A stretch of 64,000 nt of DNA, from NCBI GenBank assembly GCA_041660925.1, contig JBAZVI010000003.1:221832-285831 (forward strand), read 5' to 3'. The notes under the pieces were generated by a model, which did not search any database, was not told the DNA's origin, and worked only from the letters and a program-made list of their open reading frames with translations. Made by a program: the position numbers and the translations under genes. How positions within the stretch are numbered: position 1 is the stretch's first letter; every line of letters starts with the position of its first letter. The stretch is from Elusimicrobiota bacterium (GTDB lineage: Bacteria; Elusimicrobiota; Elusimicrobia; UBA1565). Below, piece after piece: positions 27,952 to 37,980 of the stretch.

Positions 27952-28853
27952 AGGTCTTCCGGGCTCCCCCCCCTCACCTCTCTCCCCCGTCCCCTCTCCC
28001 CTCTCCCGCGTGGCGGGCGAGAGGAGAGGGGTGTTCTGCGTTCTGGATCCTGCTGATCTCTCTGTTCGGTCTTTGCGGTTGTGGGAAGTTGGACCTTCGG
28101 CAGGCGCGCCACCTCGAGAAGGCCGGAGACTATTCGCGCGCGCTGAAGGTCTACGAGCGCTGCGCGGAGCGCCTCTCCGGAGAGCGGCAGGCCGAGGCCC
28201 TCGAGCGCGCAGGCGCGATCTACGCCGGCGTCTTCGGCCGCTGCGACCGCGCGGTCCCCCTCTTCGAGCGCGCCGCGCGTCTGGGTCCCTTCCCGGACGC
28301 GAAGAACGACTGGCCCGCCGAGGCGCGCGCCGCTCTGCTCGAGTGTCCCGACCTCTTCCCGCTGCGCCCCGGCTCGCGTTGGACCTACGTCGACAGCGCC
28401 AGCGGCGGCGCGAACATGCGCCTCGAAGTCTCGGTTTCCACCGAGGGGTCGCGCGTGAGCGGCGCCTACTTCGCCGGCAAGCAGCGCTTCCGCGGCTACG
28501 ACCGCTCCTACGACAAGGCCGACTGGGCGCTCTGGGAGACCGAGGGCCGCGAGCGGCGGCCCATCCTGCGCTATCCCTTCCGCGCCGGGCGGAGCTGGAG
28601 CGGCGCCTCCTCCGGCCGCAAGCTCGAGTACACGATCGAAGCCGACGGCGTTCTCGTGCGCGTGAAGGCCGGCGCCTTCAAGGACTGCATCAAGGTCCGT
28701 GCGCGTCCCGTCGGGGAGCCGGCCTGGGTCTACGAGTACTTCTGTCCCGGCGTCGGCCGTGCGAAGACCACGATCGGCACCTCCGAGGGCGAGAACCCCA
28801 ACACGGAGCTCTCCTTCTGGGAGCCCGCCGCCCGGCCCTCCGCGCCGCGCTGA
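27948..28853 (+). CDS. Hypothetical lipoprotein (lipobox LCGCG)
   Basis: Signal peptide + Cys; protein-like composition; last gene of the 6-gene coupled operon. Confidence 0.55.
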   Translation: MKVFRAPPPHLSPPSPLPSPAWRARGEGCSAFWILLISLFGLCGCGKLDLRQARHLEKAGDYSRALKVYERCAERLSGERQAEALERAGAIYAGVFGRCDRAVPLFERAARLGPFPDAKNDWPAEARAALLECPDLFPLRPGSRWTYVDSASGGANMRLEVSVSTEGSRVSGAYFAGKQRFRGYDRSYDKADWALWETEGRERRPILRYPFRAGRSWSGASSGRKLEYTIEADGVLVRVKAGAFKDCIKVRARPVGEPAWVYEYFCPGVGRAKTTIGTSEGENPNTELSFWEPAARPSAPR

Positions 28854-28911
28854 GCGGCCGCTTCCGTCGCCGCGTCCCCGTACGCGCGCGCAAAACTGTA
28901 TAATCCCGGCG

Positions 28912-30186
28912 ATGCGACCCCTCTCGCACTCCGCGGTGACGACCTATCTGGACTGTCCGCAGAGATGGAAGCTCAAGTACGTCGACAAGCTTCCCGAGAA
29001 GCCGCGCCACTTCTTCTCCTTCGGCAAGACCCTCCACTCGGCCCTCGAGTTCCTCTACGGCGTGCCCACCCCGCCGCCCCCCTCCCTCGCGGACCTGCTC
29101 GAGTACTACCGCAAGAACTGGCTCACCGAGGGCTACACGAGCCCCGACCAGGAGGCCAAGTACCGCGCCGAGGGGCGGAGCATCCTCGAGGCGTACTACG
29201 CGAAGAACGTGCCGGGCTTCCGCGTCCCCTTCTTCGTCGAGTACAAGTTCGAGACCCAGGTCGAGATCCCGGGGCAGAAGACCTTCGTCCTCCCGATCGG
29301 CGGGCGGCCGCAGGAAATCTCCCTGGAGCCCGAGTTCCTGACCCCGGTCCCCCTGCTCGGCTACGTGGACCGCATCGACAAGACCGAGGATGGACGCCTC
29401 GAGATCGTCGACTACAAGACCGGCAAGGCCTTCGACCTCGACCGCGTGCGCGAGGATCCGCAGCTCTCCCTCTATCAGATGGTCTGCGAGGAGAAGCTGG
29501 GGATGAAGGTCGCGGGCCTCACGCTCTACCACCTCCCCTCCCAGACCCCCTTCACCGTCGACCGCCGCGGCGAGGCGCTGGTCCGCGCCGTGCGCGAGCG
29601 CGTCGTCGGCGTCGGCGGTCTCGTGCGCCGCGGCCTCCAGAAGCTCGACGAGGCGTCGGACGTCCTTCCCGCCGAGTTCGAGCCCAAGCCCGAGGAGCGC
29701 AAGTGCTCCTGGTGCGACTTCAAGCCCTTCTGCCCCGCGTGGCGGCAGGCCTACGCGAAGCCCGTCCCGGCCGCCGACGAGGCGCCCGTGCTCAAGAGCG
29801 ACCGGCAGATCGAGAAGCTCGTCGACCGCTACGGCCAGCTCCACGATCGGATGGCGGCCCTCGAAGAGGAGTCCGAGGCCCTCAAGAAGGACATCGTCGC
29901 CCAGCTCAAGAGCCACGGCTACGTCCGCGCCTTCGGGGTCGGCTACGAGGTCGCGATGCACAGCGAGGAGAAGTGGGAGATCCAGGACAAGGACAAGCAG
30001 AAGATCCGCGACGCGATCCAGCGCGCCGGCTTCTGGGACCGCATCATCGCCCCCTCCGCCCCGCTCGTCCAGAAGCTCATGAACGACCCTGCGCTCCCGC
30101 TCGACCTGCAGGAGCGGCTGCGCAAGCTCGCGAAGAAGGTCGAGCACCATACCCTGCGTCTCAAGAAGATCGCAGAAACGGAGTGA
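28912..30186 (+). CDS. PD-(D/E)XK nuclease superfamily protein (Cas4/RecB-like) with a C-terminal Cys cluster and coiled-coil tail
   Basis: D..EIVDYKTGK motif and CSWCDFKPFC cysteine cluster. The start is placed at MRPLSHSAV (28912) because the upstream part of the ORF overlaps the previous gene and is Pro/Arg-rich. Confidence 0.65.
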   Translation: MRPLSHSAVTTYLDCPQRWKLKYVDKLPEKPRHFFSFGKTLHSALEFLYGVPTPPPPSLADLLEYYRKNWLTEGYTSPDQEAKYRAEGRSILEAYYAKNVPGFRVPFFVEYKFETQVEIPGQKTFVLPIGGRPQEISLEPEFLTPVPLLGYVDRIDKTEDGRLEIVDYKTGKAFDLDRVREDPQLSLYQMVCEEKLGMKVAGLTLYHLPSQTPFTVDRRGEALVRAVRERVVGVGGLVRRGLQKLDEASDVLPAEFEPKPEERKCSWCDFKPFCPAWRQAYAKPVPAADEAPVLKSDRQIEKLVDRYGQLHDRMAALEEESEALKKDIVAQLKSHGYVRAFGVGYEVAMHSEEKWEIQDKDKQKIRDAIQRAGFWDRIIAPSAPLVQKLMNDPALPLDLQERLRKLAKKVEHHTLRLKKIAETE

Positions 30187-30189
30187 CCC

Positions 30190-30768
30190 ATGGATGAATT
30201 GAAGCTCGTGCGTCTCGACCGCCGTCACCTCGGGGAGTTCGAACGCCTGCTCTCCGGCCGCGAGTTCGGCGGCTGCTTCTGCTCGCACTGGCTCGTCCCC
30301 TTCACCGAATGGGACGCCCGCTATCGCGAGCGCAAGGCGGAGAGTTTCGAGGACGTCCGCCGGCGCGTCCAGGAGGGCGGCCACGTGGGCTACCTCGTGC
30401 TGCGCGAGAACGACGGGGCCGTCGTGGGCTGGACGGGCGCGGGCCCCAAGACCGCGTTCCCCGCGATGAAGGAGCGCCCCGGCAGCCGCCTGGGCCCCTG
30501 CGAGGACTCCATCTGGGCCGTGGGCTGCATGGCGATCGCCTTCGCCTACCGGGGACTGGGCTACGCGCCCGAGATCGTCCGCCTCGTCGTCGTAGAGGCG
30601 CGCAAGGCCGGCGCGAAGGCCGTCGAGGCCACCCCGCTCGAGGCCAACGAGGACGGCGGCGCGTTCCGCCTCGGCAAGGCGCTCTACGAGCGCCATGGCT
30701 TCGCGCAGACCGGGCGCGAGGAAGTCGACGGGCGCGCGGTGCTGCGCATGGAGAAGGTCCTTTCCTGA
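30190..30768 (+). CDS. GNAT-family N-acetyltransferase
   Basis: Size, acetyl-CoA-binding-like region (..[20 protein letters not shown]..) and conserved YERHGF tail. Confidence 0.6.
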   Translation: MDELKLVRLDRRHLGEFERLLSGREFGGCFCSHWLVPFTEWDARYRERKAESFEDVRRRVQEGGHVGYLVLRENDGAVVGWTGAGPKTAFPAMKERPGSRLGPCEDSIWAVGCMAIAFAYRGLGYAPEIVRLVVVEARKAGAKAVEATPLEANEDGGAFRLGKALYERHGFAQTGREEVDGRAVLRMEKVLS

Positions 30769-30778
30769 GAGGGACGCG

Positions 30779-31189
30779 ATGAAGTCCCAGACCGAGTACC
30801 TCTGGTTCGAGACGAAGACGCGGCGCGAGCTCGTGAACATCACGGACACCATCGCCGGCATCGTCGCGAAGAGCGGCGTACGCGAGGGCTTCTGCCTCGT
30901 GAGCGCCATGCACATCACGGCCGGCGTGTGGGTCAACGACGAGGAGCCGGGCCTGAAGATGGACCTCATGGAGTGGCTCGACAAGCTCGCCCCTCACGCC
31001 GACTACGAGCACCACCGCACGGGCGAGGACAACGGCGACGCCCACCTCAAGCGCACGCTCCTCAACCACCAGACTCTCATCCCCGTCACCGCCGGCAAGC
31101 TCGACCTCGGCCCCTGGGAGCAGGTCTTCTACGCGGAGTTCGACGGCCGGCGCCGCAAGCGCGTGGTCGTCAAGGTCCTTGGCGAGTAA
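30779..31189 (+). CDS. YjbQ/UPF0047-family protein (secondary thiamine-phosphate synthase-like)
   Basis: [44 protein letters not shown] is typical of the family. Confidence 0.75.
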   Translation: MKSQTEYLWFETKTRRELVNITDTIAGIVAKSGVREGFCLVSAMHITAGVWVNDEEPGLKMDLMEWLDKLAPHADYEHHRTGEDNGDAHLKRTLLNHQTLIPVTAGKLDLGPWEQVFYAEFDGRRRKRVVVKVLGE

Positions 31190-32318
31190 GCGGGAACCCC
31201 TCGCGGGATTCCCGGCTGTCGGCGGAACCCTTCGAACAGACCTCCGCGCTTGCGGCGACGGAAGCGCCCCGGCCTTCCACGCGCCGCTGCGCTTCGCGGC
31301 GCGCTGGCTCTTCACCGCCTACCACGACATCCGGGTCAAGGGCGCCGAGAACGTCCCCGCCGAGGGGCCGGTCATCATCGCCTCCAACCATCCCACCTAC
31401 CTCGACGCGGCGTTCCTCATGGTCGGGCTCCGCCGTTCCGTGCGCTTCATGGCGTGGGAGAAGCACTACCGCGTGCCGCTGCTCGGGGCGCTCATGCGCG
31501 CCTACGGCGTCATCCCCGTCGACATCCGCAAGCCCGGCCGCGCCTCCTTCGAGGCGGCGGTCCGCGTCCTGCGCGGCGGCGAGGCCTTCGGCATCTTCCC
31601 CGAGGGCGGGCGCACGAAGAGTCTGGCGCCCATGAACCCCTTCAAGTCCGGCGTCGCGCGCCTGGCCCTCATCACCGGCGCGCCCATCGTCCCCGCCACG
31701 ATCACCGGCGGCCTGCGCGTCTGGCGCCGCGGCGACTGGCTGCCCAAGCCCGGCCGCATCGAGGTCGTCTTCCATCCTCCTCTGCGCGTCCCCCCCGAGA
31801 GCCGCACGCTCTGGCGGCGCGATAAGACCCTCGAGCACGCGCTCATCGAGCGCATCATCGACACGATCCATCGAAGCCTCCTGCCCTACCTGCGCAAGGA
31901 GCGGCGCCTGCGCCGGCTCCTCGAGGGGCCGCCCCAGCCCCCCCACCTCTTCGTCGAGGGGCTCCCCTTCTTCTTCCTGGCCCTCGGCTTCTTCGAGCTG
32001 CCGCCCGCGCTGCGCGCCGAGCGCGCCGCCTCCGTGGCGTCCTGGCTCTCGGCCTACGGACTCGCGCTCGTCGCCGAGCTCGCGCTCGAGGCGCGCGGCG
32101 CCTGGGCGAAGGTCCTGCGTCAGACCCTCCCCTGGGTCCTGCTCGGCGGCCTGCTCTGGCAGGAGGGCCTTCGCGCCCACGCCTGGGCCGCGGCCGGGGC
32201 CGCGGCGGCGCTGCTCATCCTCTGGCTCCAGATCCTGCGCTTCTCCCTTTACCGGCGCCTGCGCACGCCGATGCTCGCCATCGGCTACAGTCTCTGGCTT
32301 TACATGCTCCTGAGGTGA
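31179..32318 (+). CDS. 1-acyl-sn-glycerol-3-phosphate acyltransferase (PlsC-like) with a C-terminal 4-TM extension
   Basis: NHPTYLD (HX4D) and FPEGGRT motifs; the TTG start overlaps the yjbQ-like stop, so the start is uncertain. Confidence 0.6.
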   Translation: MASKREPLAGFPAVGGTLRTDLRACGDGSAPAFHAPLRFAARWLFTAYHDIRVKGAENVPAEGPVIIASNHPTYLDAAFLMVGLRRSVRFMAWEKHYRVPLLGALMRAYGVIPVDIRKPGRASFEAAVRVLRGGEAFGIFPEGGRTKSLAPMNPFKSGVARLALITGAPIVPATITGGLRVWRRGDWLPKPGRIEVVFHPPLRVPPESRTLWRRDKTLEHALIERIIDTIHRSLLPYLRKERRLRRLLEGPPQPPHLFVEGLPFFFLALGFFELPPALRAERAASVASWLSAYGLALVAELALEARGAWAKVLRQTLPWVLLGGLLWQEGLRAHAWAAAGAAAALLILWLQILRFSLYRRLRTPMLAIGYSLWLYMLLR

Positions 32319-32320
32319 AC

Positions 32321-33805
32321 ATGGACCACGTCCTCGCTCTCGATCAAGGTTCCTCCTCGACCCGCGTCGTCGCCTTCGACGAGAGCGGCTCGTCGACGGC
32401 CCTCTCCCAGCGTCCGCTGCGCACCCTCCGCCCGGCTCCCGGCTTCGTCGAGCACGACCCCGAGGAGCTCGCCCGCGGCGCCGAGGAGGCGCTCGACACG
32501 GTGCTCACGACCTTTCCGGCCGCCGCGGGCGTCGCCGCGCTCGGCCTCAGCGCCCAGCGCTCGACCGTCGTGTTCTGGGACGCGCGCACCGGGAAGGCGG
32601 CGGGCCGTGCCCCCTCTTGGCAGGACGGGCGGGCCGCCGACATGCTGGTTCCCCTGCAGGACCGCCAGCGCGAGACCCACGAGCGCACCGGCCTCTACCT
32701 GACCCCCTACTACTCGGCCTCGAAGATCCGCTGGATGCTCGACAACGACCCGGACGTCCGGCGCCTGGCCGAGGCGGGGACCCTCCGGATCGGCCCGGTC
32801 ACGAGCTGGCTGCTCTGGCGCCTCTCGGGCGGGACGGTCTTCGCCGCCGACCCGACGACGGCGCAGCGCACCCTCCTCCTCGACCTGCGCACGATGGACT
32901 GGGACCCCGAGCTCCTGAAGCTCTTCGGCGTGCCCCGCGAGTTCCTCCCCGCCGTGCGTCCGACCACGGGCGAGCTCTGCGTCCTCGAGCGCGGCGGCCG
33001 CCGCATCCCCGTGCTCGCCGCCCTCGGCGACCAGCAGGCCGCCGCGGTCGGGCAGGGAGCCTCCGCGGAGGGCGCCGGCGTCCTCAACTACGGCACGGGC
33101 GCCTTCTTCCTGCTTCACACGGGCGCGAAGGCCCATCGCGTGCCGGGCATCCTGACCTCGGTCGCGCTCCAGAAGAAGAGCGGGGCCCCGCAGTTCTTCC
33201 TCGAAGGGACCGTCCATGCGGCCGGCACGGCCTATGAGTGGCTCAAGCGCAACTTCGGGCTCCTCTCCGACGTGCGCGAGGCCGACCGCCTCTGCCGCGA
33301 ATCCACCGAGCGGATCTGGTCGCTGCAGGCCATCGGCGGGCTCGGCGCTCCGCGCTGGGACTACAAGACCCCGACGGTCCTGCTGGGCCTGAGCGCGCGC
33401 ACGAAGCCCGCCGACGTCGTCCGCGGCGCCACCGAGGCCATCGCCTTCCTCATCGCCGACTGCGTCGCGGCGGTGCGGGCGGCCGGTCTGGAGCCGCGCA
33501 CGCTCAACGCCTCCGGCGGCGTCGCGCGCAACGACTACCTCCTGCAGTTCCAGGCCGACATCCTTCAGAAGCCCGTCTCCCGCCTCAAGGAGGGCGAGGC
33601 GACCGCGCTCGGCGCCGCCTATCTCGCCGCCGAGGAGGCCGGCCTGCCGTGGGCGGGGAAGCTGCTCGAGTCGGGCGTGGACCGCGAGTTCAAGCCCCGC
33701 ATGAGCGCCGACGACGCGAAGCGTCTTTCTCAGGCCTGGACGCTTTTCGTCGAGACCCAGCAGAAGCTCGGCGAGGACCTCCGCCGACTCGGCGTTCTCT
33801 CCTAG
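32321..33805 (+). CDS. glpK: Glycerol kinase (FGGY family)
   Basis: LALDQGSSSTRVVAF N-terminal motif, FGGY architecture, 494 aa. Confidence 0.85.
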   Translation: MDHVLALDQGSSSTRVVAFDESGSSTALSQRPLRTLRPAPGFVEHDPEELARGAEEALDTVLTTFPAAAGVAALGLSAQRSTVVFWDARTGKAAGRAPSWQDGRAADMLVPLQDRQRETHERTGLYLTPYYSASKIRWMLDNDPDVRRLAEAGTLRIGPVTSWLLWRLSGGTVFAADPTTAQRTLLLDLRTMDWDPELLKLFGVPREFLPAVRPTTGELCVLERGGRRIPVLAALGDQQAAAVGQGASAEGAGVLNYGTGAFFLLHTGAKAHRVPGILTSVALQKKSGAPQFFLEGTVHAAGTAYEWLKRNFGLLSDVREADRLCRESTERIWSLQAIGGLGAPRWDYKTPTVLLGLSARTKPADVVRGATEAIAFLIADCVAAVRAAGLEPRTLNASGGVARNDYLLQFQADILQKPVSRLKEGEATALGAAYLAAEEAGLPWAGKLLESGVDREFKPRMSADDAKRLSQAWTLFVETQQKLGEDLRRLGVLS

Positions 33806-33926
33806 CACCCTACCCCCGAACTTCAAGCGCCGGTGGGAGGACCGATACGCGGCGCGAGCGGACTGCACGGGGATGCGCGCCGCGGCTGTCCATATCCACG
33901 GTCGAATAGATATCATCGGTAGAGAT

Positions 33927-34706
33927 ATGAAGACCATTTCCCGCGCGTGTCTCGTGGCCATTACCGGAACATCCCTTCTGCTGGCGGGGGCGCTCTCGGC
34001 CGCGGCCGAGCCCAAGTACGGTCCCGCCGGGGACCCGGTCGCGGCCCCGCTCTCCCGCGAGCACGCTTATCTCAGCTCGTCGAGCGGCGTCTCCTCGGAC
34101 TACTGGCGGCTCAGCCCCTTCTATGTCCCGCAATACAACGAATACTCCTGCTCGGCGGCGGCGGCCGTCGCGGCCTTCAACGCGCTCCTGTCGCAGGGGC
34201 GAGAGCGCGGCGACTCCGACCGCAATCTGACGCAGGCGGCGCTCCTGGCCGACCCCGTCAACGCCGACTGGCGCGACCTGCTCTCTCCCGCGGGCCTCAA
34301 GGGCCGTCACGGGGTGACGCTCGAGCAGCTCGAGGCCTTCCTGAAGAGGAACCTCAAGCCGCGCGGCTGCCGCGGCTGCACGGTCGAGCGACGAGAGGTC
34401 TCCGAGACCGGCGAGGAGACCCGCGAGGCCTTCCGCAAGGCGCTCGCCGCCGGCGAGAACGACCCCCATGACGTGCTCCTCGTCCACTTCGTTCAGGACG
34501 AGCTGACGAAGGCCCCGGGCGGGCCCTTCGCGCACGTCTCTCCGGTCGGCGGCTACGACGCCGCCACGCGGCGAGTGCTCATCCTGGACGTCGACAGGGA
34601 TTGGTATGAACCGTACTGGGTGCCGGAGAGGCGTCTGGTCGAGGCGATGGCCCGCCGCACGAGGGAATTCGGCTGCGGCGGCTGGATCCGGCTCCGCGCT
34701 CCCTGA
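33927..34706 (+). CDS. Secreted phytochelatin-synthase-like papain-fold protein
   Basis: Signal peptide, then QYNEYSCSAAAAVAAFNAL (the PCS catalytic Cys context Q..yCG.A..LNAL) and AHVSPVGGYD (PCS His motif GHFSPIGGY), and ..YWVPERRLVEAM. Confidence 0.6.
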   Translation: MKTISRACLVAITGTSLLLAGALSAAAEPKYGPAGDPVAAPLSREHAYLSSSSGVSSDYWRLSPFYVPQYNEYSCSAAAAVAAFNALLSQGRERGDSDRNLTQAALLADPVNADWRDLLSPAGLKGRHGVTLEQLEAFLKRNLKPRGCRGCTVERREVSETGEETREAFRKALAAGENDPHDVLLVHFVQDELTKAPGGPFAHVSPVGGYDAATRRVLILDVDRDWYEPYWVPERRLVEAMARRTREFGCGGWIRLRAP

Positions 34707-34732
34707 CGCCCGGTTTTCACCCGTAAAATGAA

Positions 34733-34762
34733 AACCGCCGGGGGAGACCCCGGCGGTTTTCG
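34733..34762. terminator. Bidirectional rho-independent terminator AAAACCGCCGGGGG-aga-CCCCGGCGGTTTT
   Basis: Perfect 13-bp GC stem with an A-run and T-run on either side, located between convergent genes. Confidence 0.8.
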
Positions 34763-34791
34763 TCGGACCCTTCGGATCCGGGACTCGCCGC

Positions 34792-35613
34792 TCACTTCAG
34801 GACGTTCTCTCCGTAGCGCAGCTCGGTGCGGTAGGCGGCCGCTTTCGTGTCCTTGAGGCATCGGACCCAGATGTCCCAGGTGTCGCGGCTGCGATCCTCG
34901 GCCGCGAGCTTCGCGGCTTCCATCTGGTTCGCGGGCGGGGCCTGGAACTTCTTGCTGTTCTGGGCCAGCGCCATCATCCCCGCGATGTCGCCCTGCGCCT
35001 TCAATTCCTTCATCTTCCGCTTGAGCTCCTTCGCCTCGGCCTTGTCGTCGGCGGAGACCTTGTTGTGCCGCCCGGCCGCCTTCAGCTTGTCCTGGTCGGG
35101 GTGGGCTTCCTTTCCCGCGCGCTCGGCGATCTCTTTGTATTCGTTCCCGCGGTAATACGCGCTGTCGATGTCCCCGTACTCCTTGAGCATCTTCTGTAAT
35201 TCGGCGTCCTTATGCCGGCCGGACTGGACCTGCGCGGACAATTCGCCGAACGCCGTGTGCAGGGGGCGCTTCTCGGTCCGGGCGGCCGCGCTCACTTCGA
35301 AGGCGGTCAGCTCCTTGCGGCCGATCTTCCGGGCGTAGACGACCTTGAAGCCGGTTTCGCCGCCCTTGCTGAAAGTCTCGATCCGGTCGCCGGGCTTCAG
35401 ACGCGACTCGAAGTATCTCTTCACCGCGCCCAGGTCGTCCTTGCTCAGGCGGCGCTGTTCGTCGGAGTCTTTGGCGGCCACGCTGCCCGGGTAGAGCGGC
35501 ATCGGGTGCGCGACGATGAATTCCACGTCGCCGTCCGCGAAAAGCTGCCCCGGCGGGAAGGCTTGGACCGTGAGGCACAGGAGCGCCGACAGGAACCAGG
35601 TGTTCTTCGTCAT
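34792..35613 (-). CDS. Secreted hypothetical protein (signal peptide MTKNTWFLSALLCLTVQAF, K/E-rich helical C-terminus)
   Basis: Real-looking C-terminal 273 aa of ORF 34792..36228; GAGGA RBS before the ATG. Confidence 0.5.
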   Translation of the reverse strand: MTKNTWFLSALLCLTVQAFPPGQLFADGDVEFIVAHPMPLYPGSVAAKDSDEQRRLSKDDLGAVKRYFESRLKPGDRIETFSKGGETGFKVVYARKIGRKELTAFEVSAAARTEKRPLHTAFGELSAQVQSGRHKDAELQKMLKEYGDIDSAYYRGNEYKEIAERAGKEAHPDQDKLKAAGRHNKVSADDKAEAKELKRKMKELKAQGDIAGMMALAQNSKKFQAPPANQMEAAKLAAEDRSRDTWDIWVRCLKDTKAAAYRTELRYGENVLK

Positions 35614-35648
35614 CGTGTCATCCTCGGGAGTGCGGCGAATTTCGCGGG

Positions 35649-36584
35649 TCAGTCCTCTTGTCCTGCGAGGAAGCGCTCGGCTTCGAGCGCGGCCATGCAG
35701 CCCGTCCCGGCGGCTACGACGGCCTGCCGGTAGCGGGGGTCCATGCAGTCTCCGGCGGCGAAGACGCCTTTCACGCTCGTGCGCGCGCGCGCGTCGGTCT
35801 TGATGTAGCCGCTCTCCTCGAGCTCGAGCTGGCCCTTGAAGATCCCGGTGTTGGGCTGATGCCCGATGGCCATGAAGACTCCCTGGCACGCGAGGTCCGT
35901 CGACTTCCCCGTCTTCACGTTCTTGAGGCGGATCCCCGTGACCTTCTCGGTCCCGAGGATGTCGTCGACGACGCTGTCCCAGGCGACCGCGCATTTGGGG
36001 TGCTCGAGCACGCGCTTCTGCATGATCTTCGAGGCGCGGAAGGCGTCGCGGCGGTGGACGAGGGTGACCTTCGAGGCGAAGTGGGTGAGGAAGTGGGCCT
36101 CCTCCATCGCGGTGTCTCCGCCGCCCACGACCGCGATCTCCTTGCCCTTGAAGAAGAAGCCGTCGCAGGTCGCGCAGGCGGAGACGCCCTTGCCGCGCAG
36201 GCGCGTCTCCGAGGGGATGCCCAGCCACTTGGCCTCGGCGCCCGTGCCGATGACGACGGTCTCGGCGAGGACGACGCGGCCCTCGGTGGATTCCAGCCGG
36301 AAGGGGCGCTTCGAGAAGTCGACCTTCGCGACGAGTTCCTGCACGATGGGGACGCCGAGGCGCTGGACCTGCTTCATCATCCGTTCCATGAGCTCGGGTC
36401 CGGCGACGGGTTCGGGGAAGCCCGGGAAGTTCTCGACGTCGGAGGTGATCATGAGCTGGCCGCCCATGCTCACGCCGCCGAAGATGAGGGGAGCGAGGTT
36501 GGCCCGGGCGGCGTAGATGGCGGCGGTGTAGCCGGCCGAGCCGGAGCCGATGACGACGACCTTGCGCGTTTCCGTGTTTTCCAT
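35649..36584 (-). CDS. trxB: Thioredoxin-disulfide reductase
   Basis: CATCDG redox-active site; FAD and NADPH GxGxxG motifs; start at MENTETRKVVVIGSGSAGY. Confidence 0.9.
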   Translation of the reverse strand: MENTETRKVVVIGSGSAGYTAAIYAARANLAPLIFGGVSMGGQLMITSDVENFPGFPEPVAGPELMERMMKQVQRLGVPIVQELVAKVDFSKRPFRLESTEGRVVLAETVVIGTGAEAKWLGIPSETRLRGKGVSACATCDGFFFKGKEIAVVGGGDTAMEEAHFLTHFASKVTLVHRRDAFRASKIMQKRVLEHPKCAVAWDSVVDDILGTEKVTGIRLKNVKTGKSTDLACQGVFMAIGHQPNTGIFKGQLELEESGYIKTDARARTSVKGVFAAGDCMDPRYRQAVVAAGTGCMAALEAERFLAGQED

Positions 36585-36660
36585 GTGCCGATTATATAAC
36601 TTCGCGCTGGAGGGACGGATATTGCGAATCAATCGAGGATTATGTTTGATATGTTTCAAG

Positions 36661-37923
36661 ATGGAACGCTTCCCGCACGGCTTCCTCTGGGGCGCCTCGA
36701 CCGCCGCCTATCAGGTCGAGGGCGACAACGAGCGCTCCGCCTTCACGGCCTGGGAGCGCTCAGAGGGCTGGGAGCCCTGCGGCCGCGCGGCGGACTCCTG
36801 GCGGCTCTGGCCCGAGGACCTGCGCTGCCTGCGCGCTCTCAACCTGGGCGCCTACCGCTTCTCCGTCGAATGGTCGCGCGTCATGCCCGCGCCCGGCGTC
36901 TTCGACGACGCGGTCCTCGCGCGCTACGCGAGGATGGCCGAGGACTGCGTCCGCGCCGGCGTGCGTCCCATCGTCTGCCTCCACCACTTCTCCGAGCCGG
37001 GCTGGCTCTTCAGAGAGGTCCCCGAAGGGTGGCGCTCTCCGCGGGTCCTCGAGCACTTCCTCCCCTTCGTCGAGCGCACGGTCCGGGCCCTCGGGCCTTC
37101 CGTCCGGGATTGGCTCACCTTCAACGAGCCGATGGTCGGTCTGCTGGCGGGCTACGCGATGGGCCGCTTCCCCCCAGGACGCCGCCGGTATCTCGGGCTC
37201 TCCTCGCTCTTCGAACGCGAGCTCCTCCCCAACGTCGCCCGAGCCCACCGCGAGGCGCGCGCGCTCATCGCCGGTCTCGCGCCGCTCGCGCGCGTCGGGC
37301 TGGCGCAGAACGTGGCCGACGTCGAGCCGGCGACGCCCTCGCCCGGCGACGTCGAGGCCGCGCGCGTCTTCGACCGCTTCATGCACACCGATCTGCTCGC
37401 GCGCGTGCGCGGCGAGCTCGACTTCATCGGCGTGAACTACTACACGCGCATCCTCGTCTCGAAGGCGCGCCTGCCGTTCTTCCCTTTGGGCGTCGTCCCG
37501 GGCTACGCGGAGCTCGAGTCGGCGCTGGGTCCCGGGCTCTTCCGCCTGCTCGGCGGACGGCGCGGCACCCGGCCTCGCACCGACATGGGCTGGGAGATCG
37601 CCCCGGAGGGTCTCGGGCGCGTCGTCTCCCGGCTCTGGCGGGAGTTCCGGCTCCCGCTCATCGTCACGGAGAACGGGGTCGCCGACGCCTCCGGCGTCGC
37701 GCGCAAGGACTACATCCACCGCCACCTCGAGTCCCTGCTCGGGGCCATCGGCGACGGCGCGAAGGTGGAGGGCTACCTCCACTGGTCCCTGATGGACAAC
37801 TACGAGTGGGGCTCCTACGCGCCGAAGTTCGGCCTCTACCGCGTGGACCGCACGAACTTCGCCCGCACGCTCGCCCCGGGCGCCGAGTACTACGCCCGCG
37901 TCGCGCGCAGTAATTCCCTCTGA
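36661..37923 (+). CDS. Glycoside hydrolase family 1 (beta-glucosidase-like)
   Basis: FLWGASTAAYQVEG, TFNEP (acid/base) and IVTENG (nucleophile) motifs. Confidence 0.85.
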   Translation: MERFPHGFLWGASTAAYQVEGDNERSAFTAWERSEGWEPCGRAADSWRLWPEDLRCLRALNLGAYRFSVEWSRVMPAPGVFDDAVLARYARMAEDCVRAGVRPIVCLHHFSEPGWLFREVPEGWRSPRVLEHFLPFVERTVRALGPSVRDWLTFNEPMVGLLAGYAMGRFPPGRRRYLGLSSLFERELLPNVARAHREARALIAGLAPLARVGLAQNVADVEPATPSPGDVEAARVFDRFMHTDLLARVRGELDFIGVNYYTRILVSKARLPFFPLGVVPGYAELESALGPGLFRLLGGRRGTRPRTDMGWEIAPEGLGRVVSRLWREFRLPLIVTENGVADASGVARKDYIHRHLESLLGAIGDGAKVEGYLHWSLMDNYEWGSYAPKFGLYRVDRTNFARTLAPGAEYYARVARSNSL

Positions 37924-37930
37924 AGCCCTG

Positions 37931-37975
37931 AAAAGACGGCGCCCTCCTTCGTCCGGGAAGGAGGGCGCCCTCTTC
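37931..37975. terminator. Bidirectional terminator hairpin GGCGCCCTCCTT..AAGGAGGGCGCC between convergent GH1 and queD
   Basis: 12-bp perfect stem with a flanking A-run. Confidence 0.6.
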
Positions 37976-37980
37976 CCCGA

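Noticed and set aside
28690-30984. 764-aa minus ORF antisense to the nuclease and GNAT genes
   Set aside because: Low-complexity G/E/L/A/R composition; the sense frames have recognisable motifs
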